From assembly GCA_044222185.1 (NCBI GenBank), contig JBGANV010000001.1, forward strand, positions 1,283,155-1,347,154: 64,000 nt of DNA, given 5' to 3'. Positions 18,875 through 28,649 of this stretch are shown here, piece after piece. The DNA is from Planctomycetota bacterium. GTDB lineage: Bacteria > Planctomycetota > GCA-002687715 > CAIWVZ01. Each line of letters begins with the position of its first letter. The stretch's first letter is position 1. Both the position numbers and the translations under genes were made by a program. The notes beneath the pieces are model-generated. The model was given only the letters and a program-made list of their open reading frames with translations. It was not told the origin of the DNA and did no database searches.

Positions 18875-19800
18875 TGGCCGCGTCCCCCCTGGACCCAAAC
18901 GGACACGAGGGCCGACGCCATGACGAGGACGCTGATGGCGACGTTCACTTGGAAGAACGCCGTGCCGACCCGTGAAAGATCGTCCGGCCGCACGAGGCGA
19001 TGCTCGTACACGAGCAAGAGAGCCACGACGCCGACTCCGCAGGCGAAGATCCACCCAAGTCCGAGCGACAGCCCGGCGAGCGCCAGGAAAACGGGGACGA
19101 ACGCATGGCTGATCCGGGCAACGCGAAGCGCACCTTCGACTCCGAGGCGAGCAGGAATGCTGTGAAGGCCTTCACGTCGGTCGTGCTCGATGTCGTCGCA
19201 CGCATACAGGATGTCGAATCCGGCCGTCCAGACGAGCACCGCGAGGCCGAGCCAGGCGACACCGAGGCACCCGGCGTCGAAGGCCCCATGCACCGCGAGA
19301 TAGGCGCCGACTGGCGACAGCCCGAGCGCCAGCCCGAGGACGAAATGAACGAGTGCCGTCCGGCGCTTGGCAAGCGAGTACCCGAGGATCACGAGAAGAG
19401 CCACGAACGACAGCCACCCGCACAACGGGTTCAGCCAGGCCGCGGCCAGGCAGAACGCCGCGCTCGATACGATCACGGCGGTGCGCATGGTCGCGACGGA
19501 CACCTCACCCGTCACCGATGGTCGCGTGGCCGTCCGTGGATTCGTCGCATCGAAACGCCGGTCCACCAGCCGGTTGAAAGTCATGGCGGCCGTTCGCGCC
19601 GCCACCATCGCCACGAGGACGCCTGCGAAGACCGCTCCCAGCGGTCGCTCGTGCACGGAAGCCGAGCGCCACCCCACGACGAACCCCGTGATCGCGTACG
19701 GCAAGGCAAACAACGTGTGCGAAAAGCGGATCAGCCGCAGAAACACCGGCAGTCCGGTGCTGCGTGGCGGGACCATGGAGGTGGGCGCCCCGGGCGACAT
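18871..19800 (-). CDS. UbiA-family aromatic prenyltransferase (integral membrane)
   Basis: Conserved NRLVDRRFDATNPRTATRP (NxxxDxxxD) and YACDDIEHDRREG (DxxxD) motifs, 8-9 TM helices; start chosen at MSPGAPTSMV (alt 19776). Confidence 0.75.
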   Translation of the reverse strand: MSPGAPTSMVPPRSTGLPVFLRLIRFSHTLFALPYAITGFVVGWRSASVHERPLGAVFAGVLVAMVAARTAAMTFNRLVDRRFDATNPRTATRPSVTGEVSVATMRTAVIVSSAAFCLAAAWLNPLCGWLSFVALLVILGYSLAKRRTALVHFVLGLALGLSPVGAYLAVHGAFDAGCLGVAWLGLAVLVWTAGFDILYACDDIEHDRREGLHSIPARLGVEGALRVARISHAFVPVFLALAGLSLGLGWIFACGVGVVALLLVYEHRLVRPDDLSRVGTAFFQVNVAISVLVMASALVSVWVQGGRGQ

Positions 19801-19851
19801 GGACCGGAATTCTGACCGCAGACGCGCGCCCCGCAAACCCTGGGACGGGAA

Positions 19852-20601
19852 TCAGGCAGCCCAGACGCAGAGCAGGTCGTAGATCACGTGCGTGTAGCAC
19901 GCGACCCCGAAACCCCGGATCACGAAAAGACCTCCCAGGAGCACGCCCGCCAGGAACCGGAACGCGAAGACGCGAGCCACGAAGGGTTCGCTCGCGAGAC
20001 CGACGTGGTGAAACAGAGCAAACAGGAAGCTCGAGAGGAACAACGGGATGCTGACGGCCCAAAACTGACTCAGGTGGAGGACACGTCGCAACGGGAGGTA
20101 GAGGCCGGCAACGCCGGCCAATCGGAACAGGACCTCCTCGTAGAACCCCGCGCCCAGCGACAAGACCGTCGCCTCGATCCGTGGATCCGTGGGAAGCCCG
20201 CCGATGGACAGGCTCCTCCCCGACATGAGCAGCACGAGTGGCGCGAGGATGCAGGCGTAGATCGTGCTTTCCAGCACCACCGGCACGATCAGTCCCACGG
20301 GCGACGCGAGCCGGCGCCTGGGGACGAACGCAGCGACGAGGATCGCGATCAACACGGTGACGTTCAGGATGAGCGTCCCCGGCCGGCCCAACTGGGTGAG
20401 CAGGTCGTTCACCAGGACGTGAGCCGCGTTGCGCGTGCGGGCACCCGTGGCGATCAGACCGATCTCGTACAGGAGGACGACGGGCGCGGTGAGCAGGATG
20501 GACGCCGAGCCGGTGGAACTTTCACGCAGGTAGCGCTGGAGCGTGAAGTCGTCGTCGTTGCGCTTTCGATTGCCGGCGCGTGTCGGCTGCTTCGTGGCCA
20601 C
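19852..20601 (-). CDS. CPBP family intramembrane glutamic endopeptidase (CAAX protease-like)
   Basis: EEVLFR, FALFHH and downstream His motifs in TM helices. Confidence 0.75.
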   Translation of the reverse strand: MATKQPTRAGNRKRNDDDFTLQRYLRESSTGSASILLTAPVVLLYEIGLIATGARTRNAAHVLVNDLLTQLGRPGTLILNVTVLIAILVAAFVPRRRLASPVGLIVPVVLESTIYACILAPLVLLMSGRSLSIGGLPTDPRIEATVLSLGAGFYEEVLFRLAGVAGLYLPLRRVLHLSQFWAVSIPLFLSSFLFALFHHVGLASEPFVARVFAFRFLAGVLLGGLFVIRGFGVACYTHVIYDLLCVWAA

Positions 20602-20723
20602 GTCCGATCGTATGGCGCGCGTCCTCTGCCGGCAAACGACCGAGGCCGGTTACCGCACCCCCGATGGGAGTGGCGGACCGGCCTCGATGGCGTCACGACG
20701 GCGCGCGCGCCGTCACGCGGTGA

Positions 20724-23402
20724 TCACTGATCGTAGTAGGTGTGCAGGAAGTCGCAGCCCGGCACCGACGCCGACCCGAGGATCGCGGGCGTGTTGTAGT
20801 CGAAGGAGACGACCTTGCCCGAACCCGGGTAGGCGACGAGAACCACGCTCGGCGCGCCACCACCGATCGTCGGATCCACCACACCCTTGTTGTTGGTGAC
20901 ACCGACGACGTTGACGTTGTAGAGGCCGGACATGGTATCGATCGTCACGTCGCTCGGCGACGCGGTCCCGGCAATCGAGGTGCCGTTGAACTGCTTGAAG
21001 ATGTGGAAGTCGCGGCGGCCTTGCGGTCCCGGGAATCCCGGAGGCGGCGACAGGGTGAAGTTGAACAGAGTCAACTCGTCCACCGTCGAGCCATTGCCGT
21101 TCGCGACGAACACTCCGAGCTCCGTCGTGGCACCGATGTAGCTGATCCAGTTCCAGCATCCGCGCTTGGGCGAGAGGAATCCACCGACCTGTTTGATCAT
21201 GCGCCCGTTCGGCTGGTTCTCGAGAACCGCGCCGCCGGACGACTCGTAGATGTGGATGTCGTTGGAGAACTGGCACAGGACGTAGGCCATGTACTCGTTC
21301 GTGAGGCCCATGCCGAGCATGCGGCGCGTGCAGGTGACCTCGGACGGGCCGAGACCGACCTGGAACTTCACGCGCTCGACCTGGGTCGCCTGACGGATGA
21401 CCGACAGCGAATTCTCCGAGAAGTTGGCAACGAAGATGTCTTCGTTCGCCGGCATCACGGTGATCGCACGTGGCCCGGCGCCGACGGTGATCGTGTTGGC
21501 GATCGTGTGGAAGTTGGGGCTGGTCGGGTTCGCGAAGACCCGCTGGACCGTGCCCTGGTTTCCGTTGGCGATGTAGAGGAACTGGAGGTCCGGCGACATT
21601 CCCAGCCCCGTCGGAGACGCGATGCCAGTCAGCGTGGTGATCAAGGTGAAGTCGTAGGAGTTGAAAACCTTCACCGAGTTCGCGGTCCCGTCCACGACGT
21701 ACAAGCGGCTGCCGAATGGCGGTCCGGCCGAGGGCTGCGCCCCCAGGCACACGAGGAGGTCCGCCGGCGGGATGCCGTTCTGGTCGTCCGGCACACCCGG
21801 GATGATCGTCGCACGCGCCGGGTTCGACGTGTGGTTCGCGCCATTGATCCAGGCGCCAAGCTCCATGTCGAGAGGCACCCCGAGGACCGCGGGCGTCGCA
21901 AGCGGATTACCGGCAACGGAAAGCCGTCCGGTGACGAACGCCCCGTATGTCACGGGGACGTTGCTGCACGGAGCGAGGGTGTTGTCCCCTGTCGTGTTCG
22001 CGAGGTTCAGCACGCCGATGCCTGGGTGATCGAAGGGCACCGGACCGCCGCTCGACCGCCCGATGTATGCCGCATCGGGAGGAACCGGATTCCGGGCGAC
22101 GGCTGGACCGATTGCCCAGTTGAACGTGGAGCTGAAGGCTGCGGCGAGAGCATTGCCCGAGCGGTCAGTGACGGACGTCCCGACACTGATCTGGATGTTC
22201 GCGAACGACACGACGAGGTTCGACCCACGGAACGATCCCGGCACCGGCTGGATCGGCGGCAGTTGGAGGATCGCCCCTCCCTGTGCCGGATCCTGGCTTG
22301 CGATCGGGAACTTGAGCGGGTTGCTCGCGTAGTTCTGGAAGACGCTCTGCGCCGGGTTGTTCAGGCCACGCAACCCCGTCGTTGTGATGAATCGCACGCG
22401 GACCTGGGCTGGATTCAGAATCGGATCCGGCATGTAGAACAGGTAGCCCAGCGACGTTGGCGGTGTCTGCGTGGTGGCCGTCACCGGATCCGACGGCGGG
22501 TTGTAGGTCACCGTGATGCCGGGGCCCGGTGTGTTGAGAGGCAGCGGCACGGAGATGAACGGGTCGAGGGCACTCACGTTCGTCTGTTGGCCACAAACCG
22601 TGACGAAGTCGACCGCGTCCTGGAAGTTGATCACGATCTCCGAGTTGATCGGAGCGGCGGACTCGTTCAGCACGGGGATGATCGGCGTGGTCTGCGACAG
22701 GCTCAAAGCCGTCGTGTTGCCACCGACCGTGAAGGGCAGCGACGGCGTGTACGTGTTGACGCAATCGCTCGCCGAACTCGCGACGCAGAAGGGACCGCCG
22801 TTTGACGAGCGGAGCGCGTTCGTGATGACCAGCACGTAGTCACCCGTCGGGAGCGCGTCCGGCGTCGTCGTATTGAAGTCCGGGTCATACAGCAGCCGCA
22901 GGGTCGCCGGCGCCACTCCGGGCGCGGGGAACGTCGCCTGGTCGATGTTCAAGCAGACGGTGTTTCCGACGCAGGCCGCGCCCGCTCCACCGTTGATGAT
23001 GAAGAGCGCGATGCCGACCTGTCCGGACGGCGTCGGCGGTGGCGTTCCGACCGACGGAGGCAAGGGGAAGATCGAGCTTGCCAGCACCGTCGTGTTGAAA
23101 TTGAGTGTGATCGCGGTCTGGGTCGCTGCGCCGTGGGCCGTAAAGACCGCGGGCGGCACGGTGAACGCGGTGCTACCAGCCGGGACCGGGACCCCGTTCG
23201 CCGGTACCGTCGGATAGATCTCGTTGACCGACCCGGTGGTCAGCGTGCCGTACTCCATCGGCGACGCGAGCGCCAGGAACGACGGACCATTGGACCCGCC
23301 GCCACCCCCGCCGCCACCGCCTCCGCAGCCGGTGAGCGACCAGAGTCCGGCGATTGCGAGACCGGCCAGAGCCGGGCTCAGCCACTTCCGTTCGATTGCC
23401 AT
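20724..23402 (-). CDS. Large lipoprotein (892 aa) with poly-Gly linker, Ig-like regions and YVTN/NHL-type beta-propeller repeats
   Basis: Lipobox LTGC followed by G10; repeats LYVVDGTANSVKVFN, LYIANGNQGTVQRV, IFVANFSENSLSVI, VFVANGNGSTVDEL; strong GC3 bias. Confidence 0.65.
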   Translation of the reverse strand: MAIERKWLSPALAGLAIAGLWSLTGCGGGGGGGGGGSNGPSFLALASPMEYGTLTTGSVNEIYPTVPANGVPVPAGSTAFTVPPAVFTAHGAATQTAITLNFNTTVLASSIFPLPPSVGTPPPTPSGQVGIALFIINGGAGAACVGNTVCLNIDQATFPAPGVAPATLRLLYDPDFNTTTPDALPTGDYVLVITNALRSSNGGPFCVASSASDCVNTYTPSLPFTVGGNTTALSLSQTTPIIPVLNESAAPINSEIVINFQDAVDFVTVCGQQTNVSALDPFISVPLPLNTPGPGITVTYNPPSDPVTATTQTPPTSLGYLFYMPDPILNPAQVRVRFITTTGLRGLNNPAQSVFQNYASNPLKFPIASQDPAQGGAILQLPPIQPVPGSFRGSNLVVSFANIQISVGTSVTDRSGNALAAAFSSTFNWAIGPAVARNPVPPDAAYIGRSSGGPVPFDHPGIGVLNLANTTGDNTLAPCSNVPVTYGAFVTGRLSVAGNPLATPAVLGVPLDMELGAWINGANHTSNPARATIIPGVPDDQNGIPPADLLVCLGAQPSAGPPFGSRLYVVDGTANSVKVFNSYDFTLITTLTGIASPTGLGMSPDLQFLYIANGNQGTVQRVFANPTSPNFHTIANTITVGAGPRAITVMPANEDIFVANFSENSLSVIRQATQVERVKFQVGLGPSEVTCTRRMLGMGLTNEYMAYVLCQFSNDIHIYESSGGAVLENQPNGRMIKQVGGFLSPKRGCWNWISYIGATTELGVFVANGNGSTVDELTLFNFTLSPPPGFPGPQGRRDFHIFKQFNGTSIAGTASPSDVTIDTMSGLYNVNVVGVTNNKGVVDPTIGGGAPSVVLVAYPGSGKVVSFDYNTPAILGSASVPGCDFLHTYYDQ

Positions 23403-23446
23403 CTAAGGCTCCCTTCTCAAGCGAATTGAAGGATCTGTTGCCACAC

Positions 23447-23472
23447 GCAGGTCCTTGGTCCGGAGGACCTGC
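23447..23472. promoter_or_regulatory. Perfect 8-bp inverted repeat (GCAGGTCC-N10-GGACCTGC) in divergent intergenic region
   Basis: Read directly; lies 45 nt upstream of the 23402 minus-strand start and about 350 nt upstream of ruvB; possible operator or RNA hairpin. Confidence 0.3.
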
Positions 23473-23824
23473 ATGGAGCGTCTTGCTTCGTCGGGCCGTG
23501 GATATCCGCAACCGGTGTGCCGAAGCGTCGGAGTCCACGATTCTGCCGGGTCGGACGCGATCTCGGCCAACGAGCGCTGTCTCACCGACGGATTCCAGTT
23601 TGCAAAGCAGATCTGCACGCGTGCGATCCCGAACGTCCAGTGATCGGGATACGGACCAAGGGTGACGGGCGGTGCATTTTATGGATCGTCCCCTCTCCCG
23701 CAACCCCATTGCAACCAAGCATTCGCGGTCCACGTGGGTCGGGCCCGAACGGTCCACCTGCCTCCCTCCTGTGGGCCCGGTCTGGTAAGACTCGTGCCGT
23801 CGGCTCCGGCCGGTTGGGGAAATC

Positions 23825-24868
23825 ATGGCCACGTTCGAGCCTCCGCTCAGTCGCGACGTCCTGCCCTCCGATCCGAAGGAGGCGACGCTGGATCTCGCCC
23901 TCCGTCCGCGCACGTTGGGCGAGTTCGTCGGCCAGCGCGGGGTCGTGGACAACTTGAGGGTCGCGATCCAGGCGGCGCGAATCCGCGCCGAACCCCTCGA
24001 TCACACGCTGCTTTCAGGCCTTCCCGGACTGGGCAAGACGACGCTTGCGGAGCTCATTGCGCGGGAGCTCGGCGTCAACATCAAGACGACGTCGGGCCCC
24101 GTGATCGAGCGCCCCGCGGACCTCGCCGGACTCCTCACCGGGTTGCACCGGGGCGATGTGCTGTTCATCGACGAGGTCCACCGCCTCCCCACCGCCGTCG
24201 AGGAGTACCTCTACTCGGCGATGGAGGACTTCGTTCTCGACATCATGCTGGACCAGGGCCCTCGGGCGCGGACCGTGCGTTTGCAGATCGAACCCTTCAC
24301 GCTGGTCGCCGCGACGACGCGTGAGGGCATGCTCGCGCCTCCGTTTCGCAGCCGCTTCGGAGTCGTCGAACGCCTCGAGTCCTACGACGTTCCCGACCTC
24401 GAATCGATCGCGAAACGTTCGGCGGCTCTCCTCAACATGGCGATCGATCCGGGTGGGGCGCACATGGTCGCCTCGCGATCGCGGGGGACCCCACGACTCG
24501 TCAACCGATTCCTCCGGCGACTGCGGGACTTCGCGCAGGTGGAAGGTCTCGGGTCCATCGACGAGGGGCTGGCGTCCCGGGGGCTCCAACGGCTCGGCCT
24601 CGACGGCCGCGGGCTCATGATGCTCGATCGCAAACTGCTCGAGACCCTGCATCACGCGGGCGGCGTCGCCGTCGGACTGAAGACCCTCGCCGTCTCCGTC
24701 GGGGAAGACGAGCGCACGATAGAGGATGTCTACGAACCGTTCCTCATCCGTGAGGGGTTCATGCTGAAGACCCCACGCGGACGCCAGATCACACAGCGAG
24801 GCGAAGAGGCCATCGGCGTCACGGGCCGACGGCGTGCGGACGCCGGGAATCTCTTCCGTGACGAGTGA
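23825..24868 (+). CDS. ruvB: Holliday junction branch migration ATPase RuvB
   Basis: Walker A GLPGLGKTTLA, Walker B LFIDEVHRL, sensor and winged-helix regions typical of RuvB. Confidence 0.9.
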   Translation: MATFEPPLSRDVLPSDPKEATLDLALRPRTLGEFVGQRGVVDNLRVAIQAARIRAEPLDHTLLSGLPGLGKTTLAELIARELGVNIKTTSGPVIERPADLAGLLTGLHRGDVLFIDEVHRLPTAVEEYLYSAMEDFVLDIMLDQGPRARTVRLQIEPFTLVAATTREGMLAPPFRSRFGVVERLESYDVPDLESIAKRSAALLNMAIDPGGAHMVASRSRGTPRLVNRFLRRLRDFAQVEGLGSIDEGLASRGLQRLGLDGRGLMMLDRKLLETLHHAGGVAVGLKTLAVSVGEDERTIEDVYEPFLIREGFMLKTPRGRQITQRGEEAIGVTGRRRADAGNLFRDE

Positions 24869-26063
24869 CTGGGACCTGGGCACGCAGCGCCAGTCGGCTC
24901 GCACGGTGCGGACATCCATCGTCGTCCTCATCCTGCTTCTCGCGGCGATCGTCGTGATCCAACTGCTGCCCCGACCTTCGGCAGTACCGCCGGCGCAGCC
25001 GCCCAAGTCGCCGTACGTCTTCGCGCGACAGCCCGACGTGCGCGTGCGGATCTTCGCCATCGAGCCCGGGCAGTCGGTCGACATCACGGGCGTCGACAAG
25101 ACGCGGGACAATGGCACCGGGAAGATCACCGTCGCGAACCAGGCCGGAGTGGCACGCCTGGGGGGCACGGTCGTCAACCTCCCGTTCGTCATCGAGTCCA
25201 CGGGGAAACCGTTCGCGATCGGCACCCGACGCTACAACGGTGACCTGCTTCTCGCGGCCGAGGCGGATTCGCAGAGGATCGTCGTCGTGAACCGCCTGCC
25301 GATGGAGCAGTACCTGGAAGGCGTCGTCCTCTCGGAGATGCCGTCGGACTACCGCGACGAAGCCTTGCGGGCGCAGGCGGTCGCCAGTCGAAGTTACGCG
25401 GCGTGGCAGGTGATGACTCGGCGGAGCCGCCCCTACGACGTCTCGGATACCGAGCGTTCACAGGTCTACCAGGGGACACCGGCGCGCACGGCCCTCGCCC
25501 ACCGCGTCGTCTCCGAGACGCGCGGGCGCGGCCTGCTCCACATGGGACGCGTCATCGAGGCCGTGTTCAGCAGCACGTGCGGCGGCCACACCCGAGGAGC
25601 GGAGGAGGCGTTCGGCGACCAGAGCGTCCCGCCCCTCGCCGGCACGACGTGCGGCCTGTGCGACGGCACGCAATTCTCCTCGTGGAAGGGTCGGGCGCGG
25701 CGATCCGACGTCGGCAAATCGCTCGGGCTCGGCGGCGCGGTCAGTGGGTTGACCGATCCCGAGTACTACGACAGCGATCGGCTCGCGGGGATCACGATCA
25801 AGGGACCCAAGGCCGAGAAACGGCTGACCGGCAACCAGTTTCGAGAACTCTTCGGCCAGAGCGGCAAGTCGACGTGGTTCACGAGCATCCAGCTGAAGGG
25901 CGACGCCATCCTGATCGAAGGCCGGGGCTATGGCCACGGCGTGGGCATGTGTCAGGTGGGTGCGCAGAAGATGGCGCAGGCCGGGCAGGATCACGCCGCG
26001 ATCCTCGCCAAGTACTACCCGGGCGCGATCATCGCGCTCCTCTACCCCCTCGATCAGAGCTGA
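24834..26063 (+). CDS. SpoIID/LytB domain-containing protein (putative peptidoglycan amidase enhancer/lytic transglycosylase), membrane-anchored
   Basis: GTG start (alt GTG 24858) overlapping ruvB 3' end; TM anchor IVVLILLLAAIVVIQLL; SpoIID-like blocks (EQYLEGVVLSEMP, SRSYAAW, VFSSTCGGHT, GHGVGMCQ). Confidence 0.7.
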   Translation: MRTPGISSVTSDWDLGTQRQSARTVRTSIVVLILLLAAIVVIQLLPRPSAVPPAQPPKSPYVFARQPDVRVRIFAIEPGQSVDITGVDKTRDNGTGKITVANQAGVARLGGTVVNLPFVIESTGKPFAIGTRRYNGDLLLAAEADSQRIVVVNRLPMEQYLEGVVLSEMPSDYRDEALRAQAVASRSYAAWQVMTRRSRPYDVSDTERSQVYQGTPARTALAHRVVSETRGRGLLHMGRVIEAVFSSTCGGHTRGAEEAFGDQSVPPLAGTTCGLCDGTQFSSWKGRARRSDVGKSLGLGGAVSGLTDPEYYDSDRLAGITIKGPKAEKRLTGNQFRELFGQSGKSTWFTSIQLKGDAILIEGRGYGHGVGMCQVGAQKMAQAGQDHAAILAKYYPGAIIALLYPLDQS

Positions 26064-26064
26064 G

Positions 26065-27234
26065 ATGACGACGGCAGGATCCGCTGGCCCGTTCTCGTTC
26101 CGCCCGGTCGTGTCGTGTCCGAGGTCGCGCGCGCGAACGGGAGTCCTCGTCACGCCCCACGGCCCGGCACAAACACCCACGTTCATGGCGGTGGGCACGG
26201 CGGCGACCGTCAAGGCGCTCACGCCCGAACAGGTCCGCGCAACCGGGACGCAGATCGTTCTGTGCAACACCTACCACCTGGCGCTGCGGCCCGGCGACGC
26301 TCTGGTGGCGAAGCTCGGTGGACTGCACCGGTTCATGCGATGGAGCGGGCCGATCCTCACCGATTCCGGCGGCTTCCAGGTCTTCTCGCTCGGCGAATGC
26401 CGCACCGTGGACGACGACGGAGTCACGTTCCAAAGTCACATCGACGGAGCGCGGTTGCGCCTGACGCCTGAGCGGGCGATGGAGATCCAGGCCAACCTGG
26501 GATCCGACATCGCCATGGTGTTCGACGAGTGTCTTCCCTATCCCTCGAGCGCCGACGCGGTCCGCCGGTCCGTGTTCGAGCGGACGATCCCGTGGGAGAT
26601 CCGCTCGCTCGCATGCCACCCCCGGGACGGGCGTGCGATTTTCGCGATCGGCCAGGGTGCGTTCCTCCCGGACGTGAGAGCCGAGTGTCTCGACGAGCTG
26701 CGTCGCCATCCCTTCGACGGATTCGCCATCGGCGGATTGTCCGTCGGCGAATCGCACGACGAATTCCTCGCCATGGTGGACGTCTCCACGAAGCACATGC
26801 CTTGGGAGAAGCCGCGATACCTGATGGGTGTGGGGTCGCCGCGCGAACTCATGGAGGCCGTCGCGCTCGGCGTGGACCTCTTCGATTGCGTGCTCCCCAC
26901 GCGCAACGCGCGCAACGCCCAGGCGCTGACGTTCGACGGCCCCCTGCGCCTCAAGAATGCACGGCATGCGGAAGATCCGTCGCCGATCGACGCCACCTGC
27001 ACGTGCCTCGCCTGCGCCGGGGGCTTCTCCCGCGCGTACCTCCGTCACCTGTTCATGGCGAACGAGATGCTCGCCGGAACACTCACGACGAGTCACAACC
27101 TGACGTTCCTTCAGCAGCTCATGAGCGGCGCGCGCGAGGCCATCGCGGGCGGAACGTTCGACCAGTACGTCGCTCGCGTGCTCGCACGCTACCCGGTGTC
27201 GGCGGGCCTCGCGTCGGACGACGGGGGCGGATGA
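26065..27234 (+). CDS. tgt: Queuine tRNA-ribosyltransferase (tRNA-guanine transglycosylase)
   Basis: Internal ATG 1 nt after upstream stop; Tgt motifs (TPHG, LTDSGGFQVFSL, catalytic D-rich blocks, zinc site CTCLACAGGFSRAYLRHL). Confidence 0.9.
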   Translation: MTTAGSAGPFSFRPVVSCPRSRARTGVLVTPHGPAQTPTFMAVGTAATVKALTPEQVRATGTQIVLCNTYHLALRPGDALVAKLGGLHRFMRWSGPILTDSGGFQVFSLGECRTVDDDGVTFQSHIDGARLRLTPERAMEIQANLGSDIAMVFDECLPYPSSADAVRRSVFERTIPWEIRSLACHPRDGRAIFAIGQGAFLPDVRAECLDELRRHPFDGFAIGGLSVGESHDEFLAMVDVSTKHMPWEKPRYLMGVGSPRELMEAVALGVDLFDCVLPTRNARNAQALTFDGPLRLKNARHAEDPSPIDATCTCLACAGGFSRAYLRHLFMANEMLAGTLTTSHNLTFLQQLMSGAREAIAGGTFDQYVARVLARYPVSAGLASDDGGG

Positions 27235-27265
27235 GGCTTCTGGCCCCCGGTTCAGGGGCCTCGGC

Positions 27266-28486
27266 TCACTCGGTGCCGGCCGGCAGGACTTCCATCTTCT
27301 TCACGTTCGCGACGCGGAACGTGTTCCCGGGCGAGCTCTCGGGCGAATCCCACTCGAGGATCCCCACGAGCTTGCCCTCGAAGTCCGCGAGGTCGTAGCG
27401 CGAACTCGTCAGGTAGTACTCGCGCTGGCTGCCCTTGTAGATCGCGTACTTGGGCGTGGTCCCAGGAGCGCCCGGAATCGGCGGAGCGAGTCGCACGTAC
27501 CCCGCGGCGAGGTACGGCCAGAGCTTCTTGTCTCGCTGCGCGGCTTCGGCTTCCTTCCGCTTGCGGAGTTCCTCCAGGTCCTTCTGATAGGTGATCTGGC
27601 TTTCCTTGGCGCGCCGGTCGGCCTCGGCGATCGCCGCGCGAGCCTTGCGCGTGACCTCGGCGTTCTGCTCCCAGTCCTTGACGCGGCCGAGGGTGGCCGT
27701 GGCGAGCGCTCGCTGAGGGTCGTCGGCGTCGGGCGTCGACGCGATGACGTCGTCGAGCACGGCCTTCGTACCGGTGATGTCCCGATCGAGAACGTCCTTC
27801 TTGCGCTCCGTCTCGAATTTCTCGAGCGCCGCGCGGAACTTCTCGCGTCGAGCCTTCTCCTTCGCTTCCTGCTCCGCCGCCTTGGCCGACAGCTCGCCCT
27901 GGCGAACGGCGTCCGCCCGGGCCGCAGCGTCCCGATCGCGAAACTCGGTCGCGATCGCGCCCCCATCCATCACGCGCTTGATCAACGTGTTGTGGACGAA
28001 GCCCGGATGCGACGGCGGCATGAGCACGTGCGCCCATTCGTCCTTCGTGTCGAGCACCACGAGGCGCTCACCGGCTTTCAGCTCGCCGACGGGCGGCTCG
28101 TCCGTGCTCGCGGTCCCGCGAAGCTGCAGATCGTTGACGGTGACGATCCCCTCGCCGGGCTTCTCCATCCGCAGATATTCGTTCGCACCCTGGCGGGTCT
28201 TGACCCAGAGCGGGAGACCGCCCGGGACCTCGATCTGGTACCAGTCGCCCTTGCGGCCCACGACCTTCACGACATCGGGCGAGTTGAGTCGCATCACTTC
28301 CGAGTGGAAGTCGCCGGGTCCACCCCGGACGCGGACGTTCTTGCCGGCAACCCGGCCGAAGTAGGGGAACGTCTCGGTCGGTGCCGAGGTCGGCAGCGTC
28401 GTCGGACGCGAAGCCGGCGCCGGGACCTGCCCAAGCACCACGCTCACCAGTGTGCATCCGATGCACATCAGATATCCCAGCCGCAT
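27266..28486 (-). CDS. Bacterial SH3 (SH3b) domain protein with long coiled-coil region, secreted
   Basis: Internal ATG (MRLGYLMCIGCTLVSVVLGQ signal); SH3b-like segments (GDFHSEVMRLNSPDVVKVVGRKGDWYQIEV); Glu/Lys/Arg-rich coiled coil. Confidence 0.6.
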   Translation of the reverse strand: MRLGYLMCIGCTLVSVVLGQVPAPASRPTTLPTSAPTETFPYFGRVAGKNVRVRGGPGDFHSEVMRLNSPDVVKVVGRKGDWYQIEVPGGLPLWVKTRQGANEYLRMEKPGEGIVTVNDLQLRGTASTDEPPVGELKAGERLVVLDTKDEWAHVLMPPSHPGFVHNTLIKRVMDGGAIATEFRDRDAAARADAVRQGELSAKAAEQEAKEKARREKFRAALEKFETERKKDVLDRDITGTKAVLDDVIASTPDADDPQRALATATLGRVKDWEQNAEVTRKARAAIAEADRRAKESQITYQKDLEELRKRKEAEAAQRDKKLWPYLAAGYVRLAPPIPGAPGTTPKYAIYKGSQREYYLTSSRYDLADFEGKLVGILEWDSPESSPGNTFRVANVKKMEVLPAGTE

Positions 28487-28649
28487 GTCAGTCACTCCGT
28501 CGCAGATGTCGTCTGATTTCCCTCGTCGAACGGCCGCTATGCTACGGACGCGAGCGGCGCGGGCCAACGTTCAAGCGTGAGCCCGGCGATCGGTCGATCA
28601 CAGGAGACTGACGACGCGGCCGCCCTCGGTTCGTTCGACTCCACACCCC

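Noticed and set aside
24834-24868. 35-nt overlap between ruvB 3' end and the SpoIID-domain gene start
   Set aside because: Probably start-codon ambiguity (alternative GTG at 24858 gives 11-nt overlap); not evidence of programmed frameshifting
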